Shown here piece by piece: positions 1 through 10,412 of a stretch of DNA of 45,373 nt. Origin of the DNA: Neophaeotheca triangularis (Eukaryota); assembly GCA_054600435.1 (NCBI GenBank), contig BAAIJX010000098.1:1-45373 (forward strand), read 5' to 3'. Both the position numbers and the translations under genes were made by a program. The first letter of the stretch is position 1, and every line of letters starts with the position of its first letter. The notes under the pieces were generated by a model that saw nothing but the letters and a program-made list of their open reading frames with translations, made no database searches and was not told the origin of the DNA.

Positions 1-128
1 AACCCCACCCCACCAGCCGGAATAGACTCCCCCTCGACACCTCAATATCAGCCTCAACCACAACCTCAACCTCATCAACCTCATCAACCTCAACAACAAC
101 AACCTCACGCCCAATCCCCCACAACCCC
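1..128 (+). repeat. Exact 128-bp duplicate of 38535-38662 at the window start
   Basis: Base-by-base identity of 1-128 with 38535-38662, which lies inside the Snf11-like CDS. Identity ends in the C run. Confidence 0.95.
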
Positions 129-130
129 CC

Positions 131-205
<75 letters not shown>

Positions 206-207
206 CG

Positions 208-264
<57 letters not shown>
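125..264. repeat. Near-pure poly-C tract, probably a sequencing/assembly artefact
   Basis: ~140 nt of C with a few G/A interruptions, joining the duplicated segment to unrelated sequence. Confidence 0.85.
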
Positions 265-265
<1 letters not shown>

Positions 266-332
266 CCCGCGAGCACCGATGCAAGCAACGGTATCGGTGG
301 TGCACCTACCTTAGTTGTTGTCTCTCAAACTT

Positions 333-1027
333 TTATCAACACTCGCTGACATGATGTTGTTGTTCAGCCGGCAGAACAAGCATGTGGCGCTCGCATAGAC
401 TTTGCAGCGCTAGATACGGCACGAGAGATAGCGTTATCTTTGCACCCGCCCGACCAATCATGGCTTTGCCGTTACTGTCAACATTTAGCACGCCAAGTGT
501 GCTGCTTATCTGTTGGGCAAACGTCAGCCTATGCATGTGATAGCGAAGCATCTACCTACCTAAGGTACCTAGTCAGTATCTGAGATTGGAAATGATAGAT
601 ATTGCTAAGCTCTGATGCTCGCAGGGGGTCAAGCAGGACGAGCAATTGCTTTGCTACGAGTTTCCTGAGCCTGGGGAATGTAGAATCACAAGCAGTGAGA
701 GTGGTAATAATAAGTAATAATAAGTGGTCAAGGGAGAAGCAAGAATGGAACCTTTCCGGCAGTCTTATCATGTACGAGACTACGCCGACCGACGACTCGG
801 GATGTATACCGGTACTCATTCGGCAAACGTGGGGCTGTAATAAGTAATGATAATAATAATAATAATGTACAGTACGCTACCGTTCTCAGCTCGTGTGCCC
901 CGGCCAAGCCCATCATTTTCGCCCAAGCTGCGTGGGCGAGATTTCATCAACGGCGACATGGGCCCATGGGCCATGGCGCTTCTTTATTCTTGTCTCGTCC
1001 CGAACAGAGGCAGCGCTAGCATGATAA
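333..1027. promoter_or_regulatory. Cluster of HGATAR (AreA/Nit2-type GATA factor) sites upstream of the ammonium transporter
   Basis: Nine HGATAR matches on the two strands, starting at 333, 426, 434, 506, 538, 593, 765, 848 and 1022. Confidence 0.6.
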
Positions 1028-1442
1028 GGCCGGGGCAGCTAAGGTTTTGGTGGGTAGGGTACGGTAGATCTCTACTACTACTACTGCTACTACTACTACT
1101 AAGTTACTACTACAGTAACCATCTACTCTTCTTAAAAGACCCGTCATCTTCCGCCCTCGATATTATTATTATTCTTCTCGAACCCCCCAACCATAGCCTC
1201 GGGTCCTTCTTTATTTGCCCTTTATCCTTTGCCATCACCCGCTGCTGTCATCGACCTCGTTTCCCTTCTTCTTCTTCTTCTCTAAAATCCCATCCCATCC
1301 CATCTCCTCCGGTGGTGTCTTTGTTGGCCCGTAGCATTCCAACAGCCAGAGGCACGTCACCTTAGTAACCAACGCCCACTCGACATCGCCATCGATTATC
1401 CGTCATACCGACAACACCCTTTCGACTTGAACAACTTTCAAC

Positions 1443-3204
1443 ATGTCGTACGCGTGGGTGGGTCCGCCGACCGAATACAACGGCACAACGCCGCTGGGCG
1501 GTGATTCGGGTAAGATCAACCTCGACAGTCACATCAATCATTCAACCAGCAAAACAGAAACCATCTAACTCTCAACCCCAGACAGCGAAAACCTGAACCA
1601 ATGGTTCCAGGCAGGCGACCAGGCCTACATCCTGGTCAGCGCGGCCATGGTCGTAGTCATGATTCCCGGTCTCGGCTTCCTATACTCTGGCCTTGCTAGG
1701 AGAAAATCCGCCCTGAGCATGATCTTCGCATGTCTAGGATCCTGCTCCGCCGTCACCTTCCAATGGTACTTCTGGGGCTACTCTCTCGCTTTCAGCGATA
1801 CGGCAACCAACCCTTTCATCGGAAATCTCTCCAAATTCGGTCTCATGAACGTTCTGGGCCGACCGAGTCCCGGCAGCGTCTTGATCCCAGAACTTCTTTT
1901 CGCTTTTTACCAAGTAAGATGGGCCTTGGAAGCAGAGATACGAACGGACATGGAAAAAGCTGACATATACATAGATGCAATTCTGCGCCGTCACCGCCGC
2001 TATTCTGATCGGGTGCGTTGCCGAACGCGGTCGTCTCGTTCCGGCAATGGTTTTCATTTGGGTATGGGCTACACTCGTCTACTGCCCGATTGCGTGGTGG
2101 GTGTGGGGGTCGAACGGATGGGCAGGTGCGTGGGGTGTGCTGGACTACGCCGGTGGTGGACCCGTTGAGATTGGCTCTGGCATGTCGGCGTTGGCTTACT
2201 CGATGGTCTTGGGCAGGCGGCAAGAGAAGATGATGCTGAACTTCCGACCTCACAACGTTTCTATGATCACGCTGGGTACCGTTCTTCTGTGGTTTGGATG
2301 GTTCGGATTCAACGGCGGCTCTTCCTTTGGCGCCAACCTCCGTGCTGTCATGGCCTGCTGGAACAACAACATCACCGCCATGTTCGCCGCCATGACCTGG
2401 GTCATTCTCGACTGGAGGCTCGCACGCAAGTGGTCCATGGTCGGCTGGTGCTCGGGTACCATCTCCGGTCTTGTTGCCGCCACTCCTGCGTCCGGTCTCA
2501 TCCCACCGTGGGCATCGGTCATTCTCGGCATCGTCACTGGCATCGTTGCAAACTTTTCCACCAAAATCAAGTACTGGATCAAGATCGACGACTCGATGGA
2601 TATCTTCGCCGAGCACGGTATCGCCGGTATCGTCGGTCTCATCTTCGTCGCCTTTTTCGCAGACGGCTCCATCATCGGCCTCGACGGCGTCAACACCGGC
2701 GACGCCGGAGGCTGGCTCGACGGAGTCTGGGTGCTGCTCGGCAAGCAAATCGCCTACATCCTCGCCTGCAGCGCCTGGGCCTTCTGCATCAGCGCCCTCA
2801 TCGCTTACGCCATCAACCTCGTGCCGGGCCTCAAACTGCGCGCGTCCGAAGAAGCCGAACTCCTCGGCATGGACGACGATCAACTGGGCGAATTCGCATA
2901 CGACTACGTCGAGGTGCGCAGAGATTACCTGGCCTGGACACCCGTCAAGGGCGACCCGGATTCCACCGATCACGAAATCCCCCAGGGCCAGCGCCACGGC
3001 ATCCACCAACACAGCGAGATGCTCGAGGGCATCGACGGCAAGGCGCCGAGCGAGAGCAGCGGCAACGAGCACACGGGTATCGGCGGCAACCGACACGCCA
3101 TCCCCATGGAGAAGATTGAGCGCGAAAGGCACCAACACCAACCCGACAGCAGCGAGGGCGTTTTCGACTCCCAAGCCCCCGAAAGGCCCGAGAGGGAGTC
3201 TTGA
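1443..3204 (+). CDS. meaA: Ammonium transporter (Amt/Mep family, MeaA/Mep1-type); exons 1443-1509, 1582-1913, 1975-3204
   Basis: Spliced protein begins MSYAW...GGDSDSENLNQWFQAGDQAY. Amt motifs: MIPGLGFLYSGL, FYQMQF, DYAGGGPVEIGSG, LWFGWFGFNGGS, GLVAATP, DDSMDIFAEHG. Both introns are GTAAG...CTRAC...YAG and keep the frame. Confidence 0.95.
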
Positions 3205-4205
3205 GCTTCTTGTTCATGCTGGCAATTTCGTTTTCAACTTACATCTCACGATCACGGAACTTAAATCTCAGGGGCCTTTTATTTGCTTTCCCCGGGCGTT
3301 ATCAAGCCAGGGACTACGGCTGGCTGGGAGGGATACCAATGAAGCGACCTGTTTTTTCTTACATCCAATATTTTTTGATAGGAGGCCCATCATATTGTAT
3401 TGCTTAATTTGCCTCCTTCCAACTGTGACTTGAAGAACTACAATTACACTTGGCGATCACCCTGGAAGGGCGCCGAGTAAAGCTGGGCTTTCCAGCGCAT
3501 GGGCTCTATTGACAAAAAAGCATGCCCCCTTGAAGTGAACCAATTAGGTTAGAAGTGCGAGGGTAGGAAAGTAGGATGAGTCCGAGCCCGAAAGCAAGAC
3601 CGAACATTACTTACAGTAGGTATTGGATCGATTCCCATGTGGTCGGTCATACACGACTAGCAGCTACACATCCATTGTTGAAGCGGCACAATATTGCGGA
3701 TGCCTTGGATCCATTGAGCTGTGGGTCGTATGTATCTGCCCAAGCCGACATATACTATACAGTGTTTCACATCACTACCGACCGCCATGGGTGTAGCATG
3801 GACTGAGGGAAATCAAACGTTCAAAGGCTAGCGAAATCCCCCTGGCACACGCACTGCCAAAGGCTCTCGGATGTCTTGACCGGCAACCCGGAACTCAACA
3901 GGGAATGTCGTTTCTTCAGCACCGGCCCGAGGGAAATGTCAAACCGACCTTGTATGTAAGACCGGAAGAGTTGGGAGAAGCGGAAAGACTGTAGGGATGT
4001 CCCAGATGTCAAAAGTCGATCGCCAGCTCGGTCAAACACCCGAGTCTGATCTCCGGAATAGAGCAAGAGTCTCCGGAAATGGTTTTCGGGGGCAGAGGAG
4101 GAATTAGAAACATGTGTATACAGCTAACAGCGCGAAGAATAAAAAAATTTGGCCCGGCGCAGCAGAAAACCACCCAGCATCCTCCCCTCCCCCCTCAAAA
4201 CCCAT

Positions 4206-4909
4206 TCACAAAACAAGCCAACTAACGCCCAACCAAGCCCCCATCCCACCCAATCCCATCAAAAGCACCAGAATCCCCAAAACAACACCCCCGGCCACTC
4301 TATCACCCGCCCCCAGGAACCCAGCCCCGCTCTCATCCGGACCGGCACCACTCGCGCCCAGAAAAACCCACAGCAACGTCGCCGCAACACTCGCGCACAG
4401 CACCAGCGCCAAAACCCCCAAGATCCGCCGTAGCGACCAGCTGACGACGAACTCTAACCCTTCGGCCTGCTCGCCGCGCACCACTAGCTCGGCGTCGGCG
4501 TTGTCTCCAGCTGGCACGGCCCCGGGTGTGGCAGGTTGCTGCTGCTGCTGCGGCGGCGTCCGCTGCGAGGCAGCAAGCCGATGCGCCCAGCCGACAAACG
4601 CATACCTAGCCCTGCCGAGGGAGGGGTTGCGATAAGCCTGCAAGATCTCGGGCTCGCTGAAAGTGTCGCTGAGGCCCTTGGAAGCGAGGGCGCGGGGGCT
4701 CCGAGGGGCGTGCAGCCAGCCGTAGCCGGCGTTGGTGGCTCGCGTTGAGGCGTCACTGACCGTTATGCGGGAGAGGGAGCGGGCGAGGAGGAAGCGGGGG
4801 ATCGGGCCGAGGAGCGCGCGGTGGGCGCTGCGGAGGGCGAGGAACAAGTGCTCGTCGTCGTAGTCGGTGCGGTGGAGGTGTTGTTCGAAGCGGGCGCGGG
4901 TGTCAGTTG

Positions 4910-4976
<67 letters not shown>

Positions 4977-6170
4977 GCTGTTGTTGCTCATGGTGTTGGG
5001 ATTGTCCGAGTTGCGGACGGCGCTGTAGTCGTTGCTTGCCGGAATGGTGATGGTGATTATGCGCGGTCGGCTGTTGGGGTTGCTGCGCCGAATGCTAAGG
5101 GTGAGGATGCTTTCGGAGTTGGAAGAGGCGGGTGGGCTTGATAGCGGTGTTGCGTCGGGGCTTTTTTCGAAGATCTTGCGGCGCGAGCCTTCGCTGGGGT
5201 AGGGCGTGCGTACCATGTGTTGGGGGAGCGATCTTTTCGGGGCTGTCGTGTCGATTGGCGGAGGTACCACGTGCACCTTTCTTCCAGACTCCTGCCTTGC
5301 GGACTCGGACGGTGCTGAGGGTGTGAAGGTTTGGCTGTGAGATTGCGGGCGAGCTAGTGGGGTGAATGTTTGGTCGCGCGGGCTTCTGGGATCGTTGAAT
5401 CGAAGACTTGTGGGCAAGAGCGACTGGCGTTCGTTCCCTCGCAGCGGTGCGAAGCTTTGAAGGCTCTGGTCTAGATTATTCTCATCCCTCATCAAAGCTT
5501 GAAGGGTGATCTCGTGGGCAATTTGATGGGCATTGAGGATTTGATCGACTTTGCTAGGCGTCATCTTGGACTGTCGACTCTCTGGCCTATCCAGAACAGT
5601 GGAGCTTCGCAAAGGTTCGCCGTCGTTAATATGAGCCTGACGAGGCATTTGTGGGGGACTGCTGTAGTGGTCCCTTACGGATATCGGTGGTGGGCTAATG
5701 TGCTGTCCGGGAAGCAGTTCGTCGACGGACCCTCCGAAAGAGGAGCTGGCGCTGTCTGCGTATCTGAGATGCTGAGACAGCTCGGCTGGTTGCGATAGTC
5801 GTTGGTAACCCTCACGATCGCCAGGTATCTTGGGCGTTCTACTCTCGCATCGGGATGCAAATGGAGCGATGGGTGCAGAAGTCGGTCCGCTCTGGCGCTT
5901 CTTGGTAGGGGAACCCCGTCGAGCGACTAGTTCCATGTCGGGCGCGATACTACCCGAGTCTGGCGCCTCGTCGTCGTCTGATGTATCGTCGAAGAAATCC
6001 GCGGTCCGGTGCCCAAAGTCTGCTTGGCTGTGTATGCTCTCCATGGCCATGTCAGGATGTACACTGCGAACAGGGCTTTGCAAGCCGGCTGTGATACGAG
6101 GTGATCTTCTTGGTGAGTCCGATATGCGCAAGCCGTCATTATCGTATGCAAGGACACTGGAAGACTCCAT
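4206..6170 (-). CDS. Uncharacterised fungal protein, 654 aa: long disordered S/P/R-rich N-terminus, poly-Asn tract, two C-terminal hydrophobic (TM) segments
   Basis: Long ATG-initiated ORF. Hydrophobic stretches ILGVLALVLCASVAATLLWVFLG and VAGGVVLGILVLLMGLGGMGAWLGVSWLVL. I recognise no named domain. Confidence 0.8.
4911..4976. repeat. (GTT)22 microsatellite encoding Asn22 on the minus strand
   Basis: Perfect trinucleotide run inside the 4206-6170 CDS. Confidence 0.95.
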
Positions 6171-6444
6171 AGTCGCGATGTTGTTCTTTTAGAACCGTTA
6201 TTCCTGCTATCTTGATTTCTTCTGCTGTATAACTTCCCAGTACCAAATCACAGCACGTCGGCCTCTGTAGTCGTAGTGAAGCAACACCCGCGCTCAGAAC
6301 GCGCAAAACAAACGTGAAGTCCAGTGTACGACGAGGCCAAGCGGCAGGTCACGCTCGAGTTGCCATAACACAATGTCTCCAGGAATGCAACGTGAGATTG
6401 CCTGCCTTGGCAAGCTTCTTCCCATGTAACACAAATCTCGGAGT

Positions 6445-8829
6445 TTACGCGACGAACTTTCCACCGCAATAGACACATTCATCGATAGCAGAAAAGAGCA
6501 GCTCGGCCAAGGCTGGTTGACTGTTCGTGCTCTGCCAATTTTGTGTTAGCATATCTGTATCGGAACTTTGCGAATTTGACCTGCTCACCGCAGCACCACC
6601 GCCATCAACGAGGAATGAGTCCGTCGCTTCATCTACGTGCTCTGTACCAAGCTCAAGGGACCTCAAATTGTACCCATGAAGGTACTGTCTATTGCAAACG
6701 CAGCAATACTTGGACATATGCGGCGCTTGGATGGCGATTAAGGTCATCCCACATCTGGTGAAGATGTGGCCATTCGAGCACCTTGCCCAATGGATACTTT
6801 CCACGGGGATGGCTGCCTCGCAGATACTGCATGTCTCGCAGGAAGTGTCGGTAGATTGTGAAGCTCCACCTTGCATCCTAAAACGAAGAGTTCGCGCAAT
6901 ACGAAACATGCGCTTGCTGAGTGAGCTCTCATTCGTTTCCACTTTAGGTGGACTTATCAGTATCGCCTTTGTTAGTCTTGCGACTACTTCGCGCTCTTCT
7001 CCGACGCCAGCGGCTTCGCATCCGCTTAATGCGACCCGAACAAGCCGACGGAGGCGACACTGCAGAACCGGAGGGCTGAAGCAGATGTAGTGCTTCAGTC
7101 TTTTAGTAGCCTCAGAAACGCCCTGCACCTCAGGATCGATAGCCCCTGGGAGCAAAGCGTTACTGGCATCACCTTCGTACAACACTTCATGACCCAGAAT
7201 GCCTTTGACGTTGTCTTCTAAAGTCTTGATGAAATCTTCTTGGCTGCTTGGAACCTTTTCGGAATCTTGCATCCGTCTAATGTGTTGTTGCAGGCTAAAA
7301 AAGACCGTGTCTGCCGGAACGTCGTGTGATAAAAAGCCAGTCCCAGATTGCGGCATAGATGCGCCTGGAGAGGGTTCTGCTTCAAACGTGATGTTGACAA
7401 TGCAACTTTGCCGGTTTCCCGGCTCGTAAGAGACCGCGTCCGAGGGGTGCATGGTCACACATGTTGCGACATAGTCTCCCAAAGGCGATGCCGCGATACC
7501 CCAAGTACTCTCTTGAACATTCCCGCCCAGATCATGATCAGCTGAAAAAATAGCCTTGGATTCATCAATGGCATGTCGCCAGGAAGACGTCGTGAGACCC
7601 AATTCGGTGCAGAATGGCAGCTTCAATGTACATGTCTTTGTAGATGTGGTGGACAAGTGGGATGTGAAATGCATTTGAGTCTTCCCATCAGGCCCCGAGG
7701 TAAGAGCCGCTCCAGTGATTGGATCCCAGCGATCGTCCAGGTGGTGCTCTGATAAGGCCTCAGTTCCAGTGCTGCCAAAAACGAAGACAGACTGAGCCGC
7801 GAATGCAACAACCTCGCCCCCATTGGGCGCAACACACATCGTACTCCCAAAGTCTTTTACTTGCGGAAGAAGGGGCGTCACCGTGTCATTCGATGCGTCG
7901 TTGAACGTTGCATATACGTCGAATATTCGTAGCTTCGCTACGAATAATCGCCCCATTACTGTGAAGACGAGATGAGCATATCCTTGGCCGTTGTGGACGG
8001 TGTTGGAGCGCCAGAGAAGATCGTCTGCTACAAGTCCCCTGTTGATTTGATAAAACTCGTTCTCTTCTGTGCGAACGGCGTCGACTTCTGAGCAGGCCTC
8101 CCTCAGACGAGCTTCGCAGTCCACGGCCGCTATGACAGTAACTTTCCACTCCACGTCATCTGAGAGAGGATCACTGCCAGAAAGCGACTCGACCGTGAGG
8201 AAAAGTAGGTCGCCAGCTTCAGTGGACACCGCGAGCAGACATGCACCGTGCTGAAGATAGGGGGGCAAAACTCCATCTGCATCGTCTTGATCATCAAAGA
8301 TTCTGGGGCTCCATGCGAATGCCCGGATCCTCTGACAGACCTTTTCAGACTCCCCGCCAGAGACCCCTCGAACATCAAGACGTACCCCATCCGCGTTCCG
8401 ATAATATTCTTGAACAGCGTGGTTGATAATGAGTTTCCTTCCCCACCTTGAAGGGTCATCCGGTTTGCCGCTGCACTCGTACAAAGATAGGACATGGTTG
8501 GAGCTTAGGACTGCTAAAGCAGACCTTCCAAACTGAGCGAGCCCCGGCGGGGACCAGCTCAAGTCCTGGACAAGCCGTTGCGATTGCTCCTCACCAACAG
8601 AGAAGTTGGCAAAGCTCAGGGGATCTTGCAGCGGTACTTCGGCGGCGGTAAAGGCGTTTACTTTGATAACCACGGTGCTCCAGTATGATCCGCTACGATC
8701 CGGTACTTGGAGGCAAGGGCTCAGGATGGCAACGCTTTCGCCGCCTCCCACGGCTAACCAGTTGTCTTTCGACCAGCTGAGGCAGTTGAAAGCGGCCGGC
8801 CAAAAGGGTAGCGTGATCCTGCATGACAT
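6445..8829 (-). CDS. RNA polymerase III transcription factor TFIIIC subunit, tau60/Sfc9/TFIIIC90-like (N-terminal beta-propeller, C-terminal Zn finger)
   Basis: First in-frame ATG at 8829 (MSCRITLPFWP..CLSWSKDNWLAV). Motifs FSVGEEQS, LSWSPPGLA, LAVLSSNHVLSLY. C-terminal CSIC..ARCSNGHIFTRCGMTL..CCVC..CVYCGGKF matches the zf-TFIIIC pattern. Confidence 0.8.
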   Translation of the reverse strand: MSCRITLPFWPAAFNCLSWSKDNWLAVGGGESVAILSPCLQVPDRSGSYWSTVVIKVNAFTAAEVPLQDPLSFANFSVGEEQSQRLVQDLSWSPPGLAQFGRSALAVLSSNHVLSLYECSGKPDDPSRWGRKLIINHAVQEYYRNADGVRLDVRGVSGGESEKVCQRIRAFAWSPRIFDDQDDADGVLPPYLQHGACLLAVSTEAGDLLFLTVESLSGSDPLSDDVEWKVTVIAAVDCEARLREACSEVDAVRTEENEFYQINRGLVADDLLWRSNTVHNGQGYAHLVFTVMGRLFVAKLRIFDVYATFNDASNDTVTPLLPQVKDFGSTMCVAPNGGEVVAFAAQSVFVFGSTGTEALSEHHLDDRWDPITGAALTSGPDGKTQMHFTSHLSTTSTKTCTLKLPFCTELGLTTSSWRHAIDESKAIFSADHDLGGNVQESTWGIAASPLGDYVATCVTMHPSDAVSYEPGNRQSCIVNITFEAEPSPGASMPQSGTGFLSHDVPADTVFFSLQQHIRRMQDSEKVPSSQEDFIKTLEDNVKGILGHEVLYEGDASNALLPGAIDPEVQGVSEATKRLKHYICFSPPVLQCRLRRLVRVALSGCEAAGVGEEREVVARLTKAILISPPKVETNESSLSKRMFRIARTLRFRMQGGASQSTDTSCETCSICEAAIPVESIHWARCSNGHIFTRCGMTLIAIQAPHMSKYCCVCNRQYLHGYNLRSLELGTEHVDEATDSFLVDGGGAAVSRSNSQSSDTDMLTQNWQSTNSQPALAELLFSAIDECVYCGGKFVA

Positions 8830-9278
8830 GCCTGCAATGTGATGTCTGCGGGTACGCGTGCAGTTTGAAGGGAGCTTCGCAAAGGTGTTGAACGATTGCA
8901 AGTTGGATGTGGTGAGGGGAGCCCGTATGGACTGACTGTGTTGGCTGTAAGGGACTGATACCTACATGGGTGTTGATGTGAGATCACGTGACACTCAGCG
9001 TACCTCAAATGTCTCACTTGATTCAATGCGTTGTGTTCCAGTTGAAGAGCGAAGAGTGAAGAGGTAGTAAGGAACGCCAAAGAGGTGAAGGTGAATGTGA
9101 AGTCTACTCCGCCAAGCAATCAATATATGCTTAAAGCGCCGATAAGCCGACCTCCATGGGAGAGCTCTCCATGCCATACAGGAGACCTGATGCATTGACG
9201 CGAATGACGTTGTCATAAGGAGGGTTGAAGTTCTTCGAGCTCGCAATATTGCCCTTCGGTAAACACAGTCCACTCAAC

Positions 9279-9850
9279 ATGGTCCTCTCCTTCGTCCTCA
9301 TCCAAAACCGACAGTAAAGCCCCCCACTCATCCCCGCCCAAACGAGACGAGACCAGACCCCCCGACTAACACCCCTTCGCCATCCAGAGGCAAAACTCGC
9401 CTAGCAAAATGGTATAGCCCCTACAACGACGACGAGAAGATCAAGCTCAAAGGCGAGATTCACCGACTCGTGGCGCCGCGCGACCAAAAACACCAATCCA
9501 ACTTCGTCGAGTTCCGTGGCAGCAGCAAGATCGTCTACCGTAGATACGCGGGCCTTTTCTTCTGCGCGTGCGTGGATGCTTCGGACAACGAGCTAGCGTA
9601 CTTGGAGGCGTTGCACTTCTTCGTTGAGGTGTTGGATCAGTTCTTCGGGAACGTCTGTGAGCTGGACCTGGTGTTTAATTTCTACAAGGTTGGTTGGCAC
9701 GCAGGCGCTTGGGAAGAGGTCGCTTGCTGATAGAAATGCGTCATTCAGGTCTACGCTATCTTGGATGAGGTGTTCCTTGCTGGCGAAATCCAAGAGACGT
9801 CCAAGCAGGTTGTGCTCACTCGTCTTGAGCACCTAGACAAGCTCGAGTGA
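9279..9850 (+). CDS. APS2: AP-2 complex subunit sigma; exons 9279-9313, 9388-9688, 9749-9850
   Basis: Spliced protein [21 protein letters not shown]...[12 protein letters not shown]...[36 protein letters not shown]. Introns are canonical. Confidence 0.95.
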
Positions 9851-10412
9851 GTGTGGAGCAAGGGAGACAACAGACAGATACAGTACATCACGGTCCCGTG
9901 CAGCATTGGCGCGCCGACGGAAGCCATGCGGTCTTTGCAACGAAGCCTATGTCCAGGACACCGCTCGCTGGGAAAGCCAAGCTCCCACTAGGGCTTCGAT
10001 AATAAGAGTAGAAAAAGGGAGATATACCGTGCGGTATAGAGGGGGAGGGATTTGCCACGGACACTGCGCCATCTTTGAGAGGGGACGAGTGCCAACCAAA
10101 TGAGCGACAACTGCAGCGTTGCATGGAAGACGCGCTTCGGCACGAGGGTGCCACTGAGGGCAGGGACGCGAGGATCGGAACAGGGAAGGACGCTTGGGAG
10201 CGAGACGAAACGATGGGAACCTGGGCACAACGAAATCGACGTGCGGTAGACCAGTAGGGTCATGTATTCAGAAGACTTCGTAGTCAACATCTTTATCTAC
10301 TCGTTACCGCGCCTTGGCACATACTCTTCGATGTAACGTCTCGCTCCGTCGACCATACGAGCGCCATTTCGTTTCACGAAGCGAGTAGAAACCTGGGCAC
10401 CTAGCCGGACAT

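Noticed and set aside
274..303. Short imperfect hairpin CACCGATGC...GTATCGGTG
   Set aside because: Only ~9 bp, next to the suspect junction, with no RNA-gene hallmarks.
105..305. 66-aa poly-Gly ORF on the minus strand
   Set aside because: It is the translation of the poly-C tract, which is a probable artefact.
847..1365. 172-aa ORF upstream of the ammonium transporter
   Set aside because: Built from TAA/CTA microsatellites and a pyrimidine-rich leader; no protein-like features.
1843..3433. Long antisense (443 aa) and alternate-frame (276 and 320 aa) ORFs over the ammonium transporter
   Set aside because: Shadow ORFs expected from strongly C-ending codon usage; no independent motifs.
8830..8901. 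TTG-initiated N-terminal extensions in the ORF track (also 18147-18287 and 31743-31754)
   Set aside because: This is a eukaryotic locus, and the first in-frame ATG gives the family-typical N-terminus.
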